A DNA stretch of 63,588 bases, filler included. It is 8 parts of 8 records of this genome, joined end to end, with 100 filler letters (N's around TTAATTAATTAA, not from the genome) between each part and the next. Parts side by side here need not be neighbours in the genome. Positions count along the whole stretch, not along the records: positions 40,627 to 53,046 come from SRR31156797_40834; positions 53,147 to 58,328 come from SRR31156797_40844; 6 more parts are not named here. One strand, 5' to 3'. Below, one piece after another: positions 47,545 through 56,542 of this stretch. The position numbers and the translations under genes are program-made. The notes beneath the pieces were generated by a model. That model ran no database searches. It saw only the letters and a list, made by a program, of their open reading frames with translations, and had not been told where the DNA came from. The stretch's first letter is position 1; every line of letters begins with the position of its first letter.

Positions 47545-49071
47545 TTATATTTTTATTTCCGTCGGTTTTTTGCGACGGTTAATAATTATCCATATTGCAC
47601 CGAGCAGGGTCAGTACCAGCGGAGTGTTGGTTACAGCTTTGTAGTTGGCGTGGTAAAAAGTTTCACCGTTTATCAGTTCTGCTTTAGCTGCCACTGCCGC
47701 ATCTACAAAGAGTTCGGTTGCGTGGCTGACCCGGCCCAGCGGATCAATGCAGGCGGAGATACCGGTATTGGTTCCCCTGAGCATATAGCGGCCCTGTTCC
47801 ACAGCCCTCATGGTCACTAAGTTGAGGTGCTGACGTGGTGCGGAAGTATCGCCGTACCATGCGTCATTGCTGATATTTATCAGCAGGTTGGCGCCTTTTA
47901 CTACTCGTTCTTGTGCTAGTTCCGGAAAGATACCTTCATAGCAAATGAGTATCCCCATAGCAAGGTCGCCGCTTTTCAGCGGAGAAGCATCTGAACCGGG
48001 GATAAAGTCCCCTGCGCCCTGCACCAGTTTGCCAAGCGGGAGATACTCTTTGAATGGCATATATTCGCCGAAAGGTACCAGATGGGATTTATCGTACCAT
48101 TCCATATATTTCTTATCTGGCGAAATAAGATAAGCCCGGTTGTATAGAGAAAAATTACCTTTGCTGTGTAGTACGTAGCCAGGGGCTCCGGTAAGAATCG
48201 GGGTTTTGGTTTCTGTTGCGAAATTCATGAGTTCCGCGCGCATTATTCCGCCATCCTGTAAATAAAAGGGCATGGCGGTTTCCGGCCAGAGCACAAGATC
48301 GGTTTTCTGGATCACCTGTCTGCTCAATCGGAGGTATTTTTCGAAGGTTGTTTTTTTATACTTTGCGTCCCATTTTTTTGCCTGATTAATGTTTCCTTGA
48401 ATCAGGCCGATGGAAGTGTCTCCGGTTTTTGTCAGATTAGAAAATTGTTCAGGGGTGGTGCGTATGCCGCCGAGGATAATTATCAGTGCGACAACAGCAA
48501 TGGCCCATATTTTAGCAGGGTGGGATGTTTTCCAGCACAGTATTGCCGTTGCCACGGATACCAGCAGGCCTGAAAGTCCGTAAGCGCCGATAAAGGCAGC
48601 ACCCTGAATCCATTCCGGCCTGAAAGCCAGAGCTGAGGATAGGGTCATCCACGGAAAACCGGAAAATAGAAAGCCTTGTGCTGTCTCCATGCTGGTCCAG
48701 AGCAATCCGCAGAATATGCAGAGTGCAAAGGGGGAGAAGGCTCGGGCTGCATAGTTGAGGATGTAAGTGTAAATGCCGTAGTAAGTACCCATCAGCATGG
48801 CGACCAGTATGGGGCACGGGATGGCCAGCGCCCAGGAAAGGCCACCATAAACTCCTACGGGGTAGGCGATCCAGTACATGCAGGCCAAGGATGCCAGTGA
48901 GCCGGCTATCCAGCCCTGTTTCAGGGCTTTGCGCGGAGAGTTGGCCGAGAAGGCAATCATGCCTAGGGCCAGCGGAAAAGCGAGGATCGCAGCGGGAAGG
49001 TGGTGCAGGGGATTGGCGTAACCAAGCCCTGCAGACAACATTGCAATGAGAATTGGAACAGCTGGATGCAT
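47545..49071 (-). CDS. lnt: Apolipoprotein N-acyltransferase
   Basis: GFPW, QGNI, WPET, K.HLVPFGEY, ICYE, SNDAWYG, RAVE, NTGIS. Confidence 0.96.
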   Translation of the reverse strand: MHPAVPILIAMLSAGLGYANPLHHLPAAILAFPLALGMIAFSANSPRKALKQGWIAGSLASLACMYWIAYPVGVYGGLSWALAIPCPILVAMLMGTYYGIYTYILNYAARAFSPFALCIFCGLLWTSMETAQGFLFSGFPWMTLSSALAFRPEWIQGAAFIGAYGLSGLLVSVATAILCWKTSHPAKIWAIAVVALIIILGGIRTTPEQFSNLTKTGDTSIGLIQGNINQAKKWDAKYKKTTFEKYLRLSRQVIQKTDLVLWPETAMPFYLQDGGIMRAELMNFATETKTPILTGAPGYVLHSKGNFSLYNRAYLISPDKKYMEWYDKSHLVPFGEYMPFKEYLPLGKLVQGAGDFIPGSDASPLKSGDLAMGILICYEGIFPELAQERVVKGANLLINISNDAWYGDTSAPRQHLNLVTMRAVEQGRYMLRGTNTGISACIDPLGRVSHATELFVDAAVAAKAELINGETFYHANYKAVTNTPLVLTLLGAIWIIINRRKKPTEIKI

Positions 49072-49072
49072 T

Positions 49073-49891
49073 CTAGTTACCGGTTGGCGGGTCTATTAGG
49101 ATTGAAGTGATCTGCTTGGCATCGCCTTCATGGACGGTGAATTTATAGCCTGAAATATTAATAAATTCTCCGACATGGGGAATCCGGCCTGTTAGTTCGG
49201 ATATGTACCCGCCGATTGATTCCACATGCTCTGAGTCAAGGCTCAAACCAAGTTTTTCGGAGACCTCTGTCAAGGGAACCCTGCCGGAGATAAGAAATTT
49301 ACCGTTTTCCAGTTCATTGAAATCTGAGGGACGGTCAGCGTCATGTTCATCGGAAATGTCACCGACAATTTCTTCAAGAACATCTTCCATCGTGATCATA
49401 CCTGATGTTCCGCCATACTCATCCTGTAGGATAGCCATGTGTATGCGTCCGGTCTGAAATTCCTTGAGCAGAGATTTAACCTTGATGTGTTCGGAAACAA
49501 AGAAAGGTTTCCGCATGATTTCTTCAAGCGGTGTATCATTTTTCCCTCTAAGTAGCGGGGCGATGATGTCTTTGGCGTGGATGATACCAACTATGCGGTC
49601 TTTGGTGTCCTGATAAACAGGAATGCGGGAGTGCCCGTGCTCAATAATCTCTTCGGCAACATCAGACAGACCGCTGCCTATTTCAACACCGATCATATCT
49701 GTGCGGGGGATCATGATTTCGTGGGCTTCGGTGTCCTTGAGTTCAAGAACGTTGAGCAGCATGGAAACGACTTCTTCTTTGATTTCGCCGTCTTCACTTG
49801 CTTCAAGGATGTGCTCTTCAAGGGGAGAGTCAGATTTTTTAAAAATATTGACCATTTTGGCCCACAATCGGCCTTCAGAACCGTCGTCCAA
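49073..49891 (-). CDS. CorC/HlyC family CBS-domain protein
   Basis: IMIPR, GHSRIPVY, DEYGGTSG.IT.EDVLEEIVGDI.DE; likely TTG start after AGGAGA. Confidence 0.9.
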   Translation of the reverse strand: MDDGSEGRLWAKMVNIFKKSDSPLEEHILEASEDGEIKEEVVSMLLNVLELKDTEAHEIMIPRTDMIGVEIGSGLSDVAEEIIEHGHSRIPVYQDTKDRIVGIIHAKDIIAPLLRGKNDTPLEEIMRKPFFVSEHIKVKSLLKEFQTGRIHMAILQDEYGGTSGMITMEDVLEEIVGDISDEHDADRPSDFNELENGKFLISGRVPLTEVSEKLGLSLDSEHVESIGGYISELTGRIPHVGEFINISGYKFTVHEGDAKQITSILIDPPTGN

Positions 49892-49994
49892 TTCAATTCT
49901 CCTTTTTGCGGTTGTTCCAATTTTAATAAGCAAATAGAAATCAGGGTTATGGTTATATCTACTTATTATGTGCTGTTCGTGTCAACAGGCTTAA

Positions 49995-51029
49995 TTATTC
50001 GTTACCTTCCCTGTAAAGTTCAAGGTAAAGGTTATAGGTCCAGTCGTCCATTTCCGGGCAACCGTTTTGATCGACTTTTTCCCATTTGGGTTTCTTGGTG
50101 TCTTCGTCAAATCCCATAAATTTGGATTCAAAGGAAAGTCCAAGCTGTGCCCGGCCTTGAGTCGGGTCTATGTAGGCTCGTCTGACTTTGGTAACAAAAA
50201 GATAGCGGACAATACCTCTGTCACCGAAATCGACAAGGCTGAGCAAAACCAGAAAATTATGACCCTTGTTCAATTTGAACCGTGCAGCACGTTTGTTTGT
50301 CATATGGGTTAGCTCAAGTGAAATGCCACCACCTGATATATCTGAAAGAAATACATTGGAGTCCTTTCCACCCATGTGACCCGGGGCATATTCTCCGTTT
50401 GTGGCGATGAATTTTAGTCCTGCATTTAGGCCCTGTTTGGTGTCCGGGATAATGTTTGCATAGTCGTAATGACGTGAGGGCGGGGAGACCCGCAGGAATT
50501 CTCGCTTCTGGGTTTGCTCAATGTGGTCAGGTAACGCAACGAACAGATTGAAATATTGCGATCCTTTAGCTTTTACATCGGTAATGATTGAAGTAAAATT
50601 ATAAAAAATTACCATGCCCGCCTGTTTAGCAGGGACATGAAAGAATCCCGTTACTTCACGGCCTAACCATGATTTAGCAACGTTTCCATTGGCCGGCATT
50701 TCAAGGACAAGGTGATCGGTTACGTCGTCAATGGCGCAGGCAACGGTTCGGCGTTTTTCTGATTTAGAATGAAAGCTGAGATCAATTTTTGAACGGTAGA
50801 CAAGGGCCGTTTCAAATATTTTATCAAGTTGTTCTCTATCGGTTATCCAACTGGTGGGGACAACGTTGAGTTTCTTTTTTAATTCCCTGTTATTGTACCA
50901 GAGTACTGCGGCGACAATGGCAATAAGACAGAACCCCACCACAATCAGCATATTAACTGTCTGCTGTGGGAGCCCTGTTTCTCCGAACCCGCGCAGGGTC
51001 TTATATAAGAATTCCTGATCTACTGCCAT
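49995..51029 (-). CDS. Membrane-anchored PilZ-like protein
   Basis: One N-terminal TM helix; QKREFLRV (RxxxR) and DISGGG (DxSxxG). Confidence 0.7.
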   Translation of the reverse strand: MAVDQEFLYKTLRGFGETGLPQQTVNMLIVVGFCLIAIVAAVLWYNNRELKKKLNVVPTSWITDREQLDKIFETALVYRSKIDLSFHSKSEKRRTVACAIDDVTDHLVLEMPANGNVAKSWLGREVTGFFHVPAKQAGMVIFYNFTSIITDVKAKGSQYFNLFVALPDHIEQTQKREFLRVSPPSRHYDYANIIPDTKQGLNAGLKFIATNGEYAPGHMGGKDSNVFLSDISGGGISLELTHMTNKRAARFKLNKGHNFLVLLSLVDFGDRGIVRYLFVTKVRRAYIDPTQGRAQLGLSFESKFMGFDEDTKKPKWEKVDQNGCPEMDDWTYNLYLELYREGNE

Positions 51030-51125
51030 CTGTTAGCCTTGCCTTTAATGTTAAAGCTCTTTGTTTACTTATACTTATTTTTTATTATTTTGAAAAGTAA
51101 ATGCTCTAACCAACTAGTCTAACAA

Positions 51126-53009
51126 TTAAATGGCACCGATTTTCTTCAGATGAATCTCAATTGAGGAAACCGCAGCCGGGGTAATTCCCGAAATCCTGCT
51201 GGCCTGCCCAAGGGTCAGGGGGCGGACTTCTGTAAGTTTTTCAACCGCTTCCCGGGTCAGTCCTGCTACTACGGAGTAATCAATATCCTCAGGCAGGGAG
51301 ACGGATTCCATTTTGCGGAATTTATCGACCAGTTCTTGCTGGCGCACAAGGTAGCCTTCGTATTTGATCTGGGTTTCCGCTTCCGCAATGATGTCATCGG
51401 CATAGTTTTCAATCTCAGGCTTGAAATGGATCATGTCTGTTATTGAAAGTTCCGGCTGGCGGAGTATTGCTGCAAGTGGGACAGCCTTGTTGGGTACTGT
51501 TCCACCTATGCTATCGATGATTTCGCGGGTGGGTTTATCCGGTCTGATCTGGGTGGAGTTCATAATTCCAAGAACTTCATCAAGCCCTTTCTTTTTGGCG
51601 GAATAAAGCGCCCAGTGGTCGTCTTTGACCAATCCCAGTTCTCGTCCGATTTTTGTGAGGCGCAGGTCGGCATTGCCTTCACGGAGCAGCAGCCTGTATT
51701 CCGCACGGGAAGTGAACATGCGGTACGGTTCCAGTGTCCCTTTGGTCACGAGATCGTCCACCAGCACGGCAATGTATGCCTGATCACGGGAGAGCAGGAA
51801 AGGATCACGACCGGTCAGCTTGCAGAAAGCATTGCAGGCTGCCCAGAGTCCCTGGGCAGCAGCTTCTTCGTAACCGGAAGTACCGTTAATCTGTCCAGCC
51901 AGATAAAGGCCGGGAAGTACCTTGGTTTCGAGGGTCGGCAGCAGCTGGGTAGGCGGTACGAAATCATATTCAATGGCGTAGCCCGGACGGACAATCTGGG
52001 CCTGCTCCAAACCTTCGATGGAGTGGATCATGCGTTTTTGCACATCCAGCGGAAGGCTGGTTGGTATACCGCTGGGATAGACTTCAGGGCTGTCGTATCC
52101 TTCAGGTTCAAGAAAAATCTGGTGGCGTTCCTTTTCAGGAAATCTTGCTACCTTATCTTCAATGGAAGGGCAGTAACGCGCTCCGGTTCCTTTGATCACA
52201 CCGGTAAACATGGGAGAGCGTTCAAAGCCGCTACGGATGGCCTCATGGGCCTTTTCATTGGTGTAAGTAATGTGACAGCTTACCTGCGGCAGACTGATTT
52301 TCTTGGTCCGGAAACTGAACGGTTGCGGCGGATTATCGCCGTGCTGTTCTTCAAGCTTGTCGTAGTCAATAGAATCCTTGAGCAGGCGGGGGGTAGTTCC
52401 GGTCTTGAGCCGCCCCAGTGTCAGTCCAGCCTCTTCAAGACTTTTGGACATACCAACGGAAGCCGGGTCACCCATGCGTCCGCCACTGAAATTTTCCATC
52501 CCAATGTGAATCAGTCCCTGCAGGAATGTTCCGGTGGTCAGCATCACCGAACGGGAATGGAACTTTTCTCCGATCCCGGTCATAACGCCCGCAGCTTTGC
52601 CGTCTTCAATTATCAGTGATTCAGCAATATCCTGCCGGACCCAGAGGTTCTCTTGCGAAAAAATATCCTTCTGGACCACGCGCATGTATTCATTGCGGTC
52701 CATCTGGGCACGGCTGGCGCGAACAGCAGGGCCTTTGCGGGTGTTTAGGATACGGAACTGGATTCCGGCCTTATCGGACCAGAGACCCATGTAGCCGCCC
52801 AGCGCGTCAATTTCCTTGACCATGTGTCCCTTGGCAAGCCCGCCGATGGCAGGGTTGCAGGACAAATGTCCGATGCGGTCCACATTAATGGTCAAAAGCA
52901 GGGTTTTCAGGCCAAGGTTGGCGGCAGCCATGGCGGCTTCGCAACCGGCATGGCCCGCACCTGCGACAATAAGGTCGAACTTTTCTGGCGGAGGTAATTT
53001 TCTGATCAT
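51126..53009 (-). CDS. mnmG: tRNA uridine-5-carboxymethylaminomethyl synthesis enzyme
   Basis: GAGHAGCEAA, SCNPAIGG, RLKTGT.PR, RYCPSIEDK, AGQINGTSGYEEAA, EPYRMFTSRAE. Confidence 0.98.
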   Translation of the reverse strand: MIRKLPPPEKFDLIVAGAGHAGCEAAMAAANLGLKTLLLTINVDRIGHLSCNPAIGGLAKGHMVKEIDALGGYMGLWSDKAGIQFRILNTRKGPAVRASRAQMDRNEYMRVVQKDIFSQENLWVRQDIAESLIIEDGKAAGVMTGIGEKFHSRSVMLTTGTFLQGLIHIGMENFSGGRMGDPASVGMSKSLEEAGLTLGRLKTGTTPRLLKDSIDYDKLEEQHGDNPPQPFSFRTKKISLPQVSCHITYTNEKAHEAIRSGFERSPMFTGVIKGTGARYCPSIEDKVARFPEKERHQIFLEPEGYDSPEVYPSGIPTSLPLDVQKRMIHSIEGLEQAQIVRPGYAIEYDFVPPTQLLPTLETKVLPGLYLAGQINGTSGYEEAAAQGLWAACNAFCKLTGRDPFLLSRDQAYIAVLVDDLVTKGTLEPYRMFTSRAEYRLLLREGNADLRLTKIGRELGLVKDDHWALYSAKKKGLDEVLGIMNSTQIRPDKPTREIIDSIGGTVPNKAVPLAAILRQPELSITDMIHFKPEIENYADDIIAEAETQIKYEGYLVRQQELVDKFRKMESVSLPEDIDYSVVAGLTREAVEKLTEVRPLTLGQASRISGITPAAVSSIEIHLKKIGAI

Positions 53010-53019
53010 GGACTGATAA

Positions 53020-53046
53020 GCCTCCGGCGGCCCTGCCGGGGGCCTT
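53020..53046. repeat. Desulfovibrio-type intergenic repeat end (GCCTCCGGCGGC...)
   Basis: GCCTCCGGCGGC at 53020-53031 is the reverse complement of GCCGCCGGAGGC at 53185-53196. Both lie at contig breaks. Confidence 0.7.
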
Positions 53047-53146
53047 NNNNNNNNNNNNNNNNNNNNNNNNNNNNNNNNNNNNNNNNNNNNTTAATTAATT
53101 AANNNNNNNNNNNNNNNNNNNNNNNNNNNNNNNNNNNNNNNNNNNN

Positions 53147-53196
53147 AGAAACTTTTTTCAAAAAGTTTCTTTGGACTTCGGAGAGCCGCCGGAGGC
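53147..53196. repeat. Desulfovibrio-type intergenic repeat end with an internal palindrome
   Basis: AGAAACTTTTT-TC-AAAAAGTTTCT, then ...GCCGCCGGAGGC. Confidence 0.7.
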
Positions 53197-53209
53197 CAAG
53201 GAGCAATAA

Positions 53210-54091
53210 ATGCCCGTAAGTATGACCGGATTTGGTCGCGCTGAGACCACCGAAGACAAATGGAGCCATGTTTGGGAAATCCGCAGTGTTAATTCCCGTT
53301 TTCTGGACCTGAAATGGCGGCTGCCCAATTCCTTGCGCGGTTATGAATCACGCTGGGAAAAGATTGTCCGCAAATACGGTTCCCGTGGCCGGGTGGACCT
53401 TTCCCTGAACCTTGAAGTTTTTAGCACCGAACTGCTGGGTATCAGCCTGAATAGATTGCAGGCCACAGCTATGCTTGATCAGCTTAAAGCTATGGCAGCT
53501 GAAGACGGTGTGGAATTCACCCCGGATTACAACAGACTTTTCAGTATTTCCGGCTTGTGGCGCGATGCTTCCAGCGAACCAGACCCGCAGATGGCTAAAT
53601 CCATCAGTGAAGGTCTGGAAAAGGCTCTGGCAAACTGGAAGGAGTCCAGAAAAGACGAAGGCGATGACCTTGTTCGCGATCTTGAAGAGCGTTTTACCCT
53701 GCTTAAAGAATACACTGAGCAGGTTAAAGTTAAGATTCCTGAAATTCTTGAGACCAAGCGCGCTGCTCTGATTGAAAGAGTTAAGGGCAACATGGAAAAC
53801 CTCGGCGCGGAATACATTGAAGACCGCATGGTGCAGGAAGTTTCCATTTTGACCGACAAGCTTGATGTTTCCGAAGAAATCACCAGACTTGATGCCCACC
53901 TTGAGCGTATTTTTGAAGTTCTGCGTGGTAACAAAGACGCCGGTAAACGCCTTGATTTCCTGCTGCAGGAAACTTTCAGGGAAATTAATACCTGTGGCAA
54001 CAAGTGTCAGGATTCCGAGGTGAGCAGGATTGTTGTCGAATTTAAGGCCGAACTTGAAAAATGCCGTGAACAGGTACAAAATATCGAGTAA
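53210..54091 (+). CDS. yicC: YicC/YloC family endoribonuclease
   Basis: SMTGFG, EIRSVNSRFLD, DVSEEITRL..H, GKRLDFLLQE..REINT, E..REQVQNIE. Confidence 0.95.
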   Translation: MPVSMTGFGRAETTEDKWSHVWEIRSVNSRFLDLKWRLPNSLRGYESRWEKIVRKYGSRGRVDLSLNLEVFSTELLGISLNRLQATAMLDQLKAMAAEDGVEFTPDYNRLFSISGLWRDASSEPDPQMAKSISEGLEKALANWKESRKDEGDDLVRDLEERFTLLKEYTEQVKVKIPEILETKRAALIERVKGNMENLGAEYIEDRMVQEVSILTDKLDVSEEITRLDAHLERIFEVLRGNKDAGKRLDFLLQETFREINTCGNKCQDSEVSRIVVEFKAELEKCREQVQNIE

Positions 54092-54100
54092 TCCGGTAAA

Positions 54101-54361
54101 ATGCAGAAGCAGACATTATTAAATATAGGTTTCGGTAACTTCGTGGTTTCAAGTCGCGTGATCACCATCGTCAACCCTTCCTCTTCACCCATGCGCAGAC
54201 TGCGTGAGGATGCGAGACAGGAAGGGCGGTTGGTGGATGCCACTCAGGGGCGTAAAACCCGCTCGATTATTGTTACCGATTCCAACCATGTCATTCTTTC
54301 GGCGATTCAGGCGGAAACCATCGGGCACCGTTATACTTCCGAGGAGGGTGAAAATGACTGA
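54101..54361 (+). CDS. remA: DUF370/RemA family protein
   Basis: [41 protein letters not shown]. Confidence 0.9.
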   Translation: MQKQTLLNIGFGNFVVSSRVITIVNPSSSPMRRLREDARQEGRLVDATQGRKTRSIIVTDSNHVILSAIQAETIGHRYTSEEGEND

Positions 54362-54986
54362 TAAACTTATCCCGGAAAAGAAAGGACAGGTGCTGGTTCT
54401 CTGCGCTCCGTCCGGTACTGGAAAAAGTACGCTGGTAAAAAAATTGCGTGCTGATTTTCCCCAGATCGGCTTTTCAATTTCCTGCACCACCCGTGATCCG
54501 CGTGAAGGTGAAGTGGATGGTAAGGATTACTTTTTCCTGAGCGTTGATGAATTCAACGAAAAGCTGGAATCCGGGGAATTTGCCGAATGGGCTGAGGTCC
54601 ATGGTAATTTTTACGGTACCCCGAAAAAGCCGGTGGAAAAAATGCTCTTTAAGGGCATGGACATTCTTTTCGATATCGATTTTCAGGGCTGTATGCAGCT
54701 GATGGAAACCATGCCTGACGGGATTTTCGTTTTCCTGATGCCCCCGTCTTACGGTGAGTTGCGCAAACGTCTTGAAGGGCGCAATACCGATACTGAACAT
54801 GTCATTAACCGCCGCATGATGAATGCCATGAAGGAAATGGCTTCCGCGCCGAAGTTTGAGTACTGGATTGTCAATGACGATCTGGATAAAGCATATGGCG
54901 AGCTCAAAGCTATTTATCTTGCCGGAAAAAACCGTCCCTGCAGTAATCCGGGACTTCTCGAAAGTATTTTAAGCACTTGGGAGTAA
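54354..54986 (+). CDS. gmk: Guanylate kinase
   Basis: [34 protein letters not shown]; true start is the ATG at 54354 after GGAGG. Confidence 0.96.
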   Translation: MTDKLIPEKKGQVLVLCAPSGTGKSTLVKKLRADFPQIGFSISCTTRDPREGEVDGKDYFFLSVDEFNEKLESGEFAEWAEVHGNFYGTPKKPVEKMLFKGMDILFDIDFQGCMQLMETMPDGIFVFLMPPSYGELRKRLEGRNTDTEHVINRRMMNAMKEMASAPKFEYWIVNDDLDKAYGELKAIYLAGKNRPCSNPGLLESILSTWE

Positions 54987-54987
54987 T

Positions 54988-55680
54988 ATGTCTGAATTAG
55001 TAGTCGCCCTTGATTTTAAAGATGCGCAGAGTGCCATTGAAATGGCTGAAAAAGTTCGCGGAGTAGCCCCTTGGGTCAAAGTCGGTCTTGAACTTTTTTG
55101 CGCTGAAGGTCCTGAGATTATTACCCGCTTTAAGGATATGGGTTTTAAGGTTTTTGTGGATCTTAAATTTTTTGACATTCCCAATACCGTTAAAGGAGCG
55201 GTCCGTTCCGCCACTCGTGCCGGAGCCGATATGCTCAGCCTGCACGCCCTTGGTGGAGAACGAATGGCAATTGCCGCCCGCGAAGGCCGTGCCGAGGGTG
55301 CTGGTGGAGAAGCCGGACCGTTGCTCATGGCTATTACCATCCTGACCAGCATGGACGAAGATGATATTCCTTTCCCGGTTCCTAATGGCCTCGGCTCTGC
55401 TGTGCTCGATCTGGCCCTTGCTTCATCTCAGGCCGGATTGGACGGTGTGGTCTGCTCCGGGTTGGAAGTGGAAGCCATCAAGGAAAAATGCGGTAAGGAT
55501 TTTTTGGCTCTGACCCCGGGCATCCGTCCCGCTTCTGTCTCCGATGACCAGCGCAGGGTTGTTACCCCGTCGCAGGCTGTGGAACGCGGTTCTAACTTCC
55601 TTGTTGTCGGCAGGCCTATTACCGGTGCTGATAATCCGGCTGAAGCTGCACGTAGGATCGTTTCTGAAATGAATTCCTAA
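54988..55680 (+). CDS. pyrF: Orotidine-5'-phosphate decarboxylase
   Basis: VALD, KVGLEL, DLKFFDIPNTV, TPGIR, DDQ.R, VVGRPI. Confidence 0.97.
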   Translation: MSELVVALDFKDAQSAIEMAEKVRGVAPWVKVGLELFCAEGPEIITRFKDMGFKVFVDLKFFDIPNTVKGAVRSATRAGADMLSLHALGGERMAIAAREGRAEGAGGEAGPLLMAITILTSMDEDDIPFPVPNGLGSAVLDLALASSQAGLDGVVCSGLEVEAIKEKCGKDFLALTPGIRPASVSDDQRRVVTPSQAVERGSNFLVVGRPITGADNPAEAARRIVSEMNS

Positions 55681-55693
55681 GAGAGGTTGTTTT

Positions 55694-56518
55694 ATGGCTG
55701 CCAACCGAATTACCGGAGTTTTTTCTTCCCGTACCGAATCAACAGTAGGTACCGGAACCACTATTCGCCAGTCAGTGCAAAAGACATACTGGTTTGTGGA
55801 AGAGCTGAATACCGGTGCTTTGGAAGTGCAGCCATTGAACAGCAACAATGTCCCTTCCGGGCCGAAGATGACAGTTGAGCGGGAAACTTTCCTCAGCAAT
55901 TATCATCCTGAACCGGAGTTTTATGCTGAAGTTGTGCGGCCGAGTATGGATGTTTTGAATGGTTCCATTCAACGCGGTGAGGGGCATCGCGTTAATGGTG
56001 AAAGCTATAGCGCAGAGTATGAATTCGGTCATGCTATTGATGTAGACGAGGAAAATGTGCGGGCCAACTTCGGACTCGGTTTGACCTACCTTGAGCGCGG
56101 GGAAACTTCCCGTGCCGAGGATGTCTTCCGCAGACTGGTGGGCATCGGGGCGATTTATGAGCCGCAGCATAAACACCTTTTCAACGATTTCGGCATAAAC
56201 CTGCGTCGTAACGGGATGATTGAACAGGCTCTTGAGTATTATCACAAGGCCGAAGAGATTAGCAAACATGACGAGAATCTTTGTTTGAACATTGCCCGTG
56301 CTTATTATGAAAAAGGCAGCTTTGATAGTTGCATCAAGTATATAAAGAAATCCCTGACGTTGAATCCTGAACTGGAAGAAGGGGTCATGTTCTGGTCCTA
56401 TCTTAAAGGCATCGGTTATATCTCTGATGAGGAAGATGATCTGAACATTGACATGGGTGCTTCCAAGAAGAAACAGGAAAAAGACGGTCCTATTATAGAT
56501 CTCGAGATAGATTTCTAG
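55694..56518 (+). CDS. TPR repeat protein
   Basis: NVRANFGLGL.YL, HKHLFNDFGI.LR, DENL..NIARAY. Confidence 0.85.
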   Translation: MAANRITGVFSSRTESTVGTGTTIRQSVQKTYWFVEELNTGALEVQPLNSNNVPSGPKMTVERETFLSNYHPEPEFYAEVVRPSMDVLNGSIQRGEGHRVNGESYSAEYEFGHAIDVDEENVRANFGLGLTYLERGETSRAEDVFRRLVGIGAIYEPQHKHLFNDFGINLRRNGMIEQALEYYHKAEEISKHDENLCLNIARAYYEKGSFDSCIKYIKKSLTLNPELEEGVMFWSYLKGIGYISDEEDDLNIDMGASKKKQEKDGPIIDLEIDF

Positions 56519-56542
56519 TCTGAAAATCCACGGAGCCATCAA

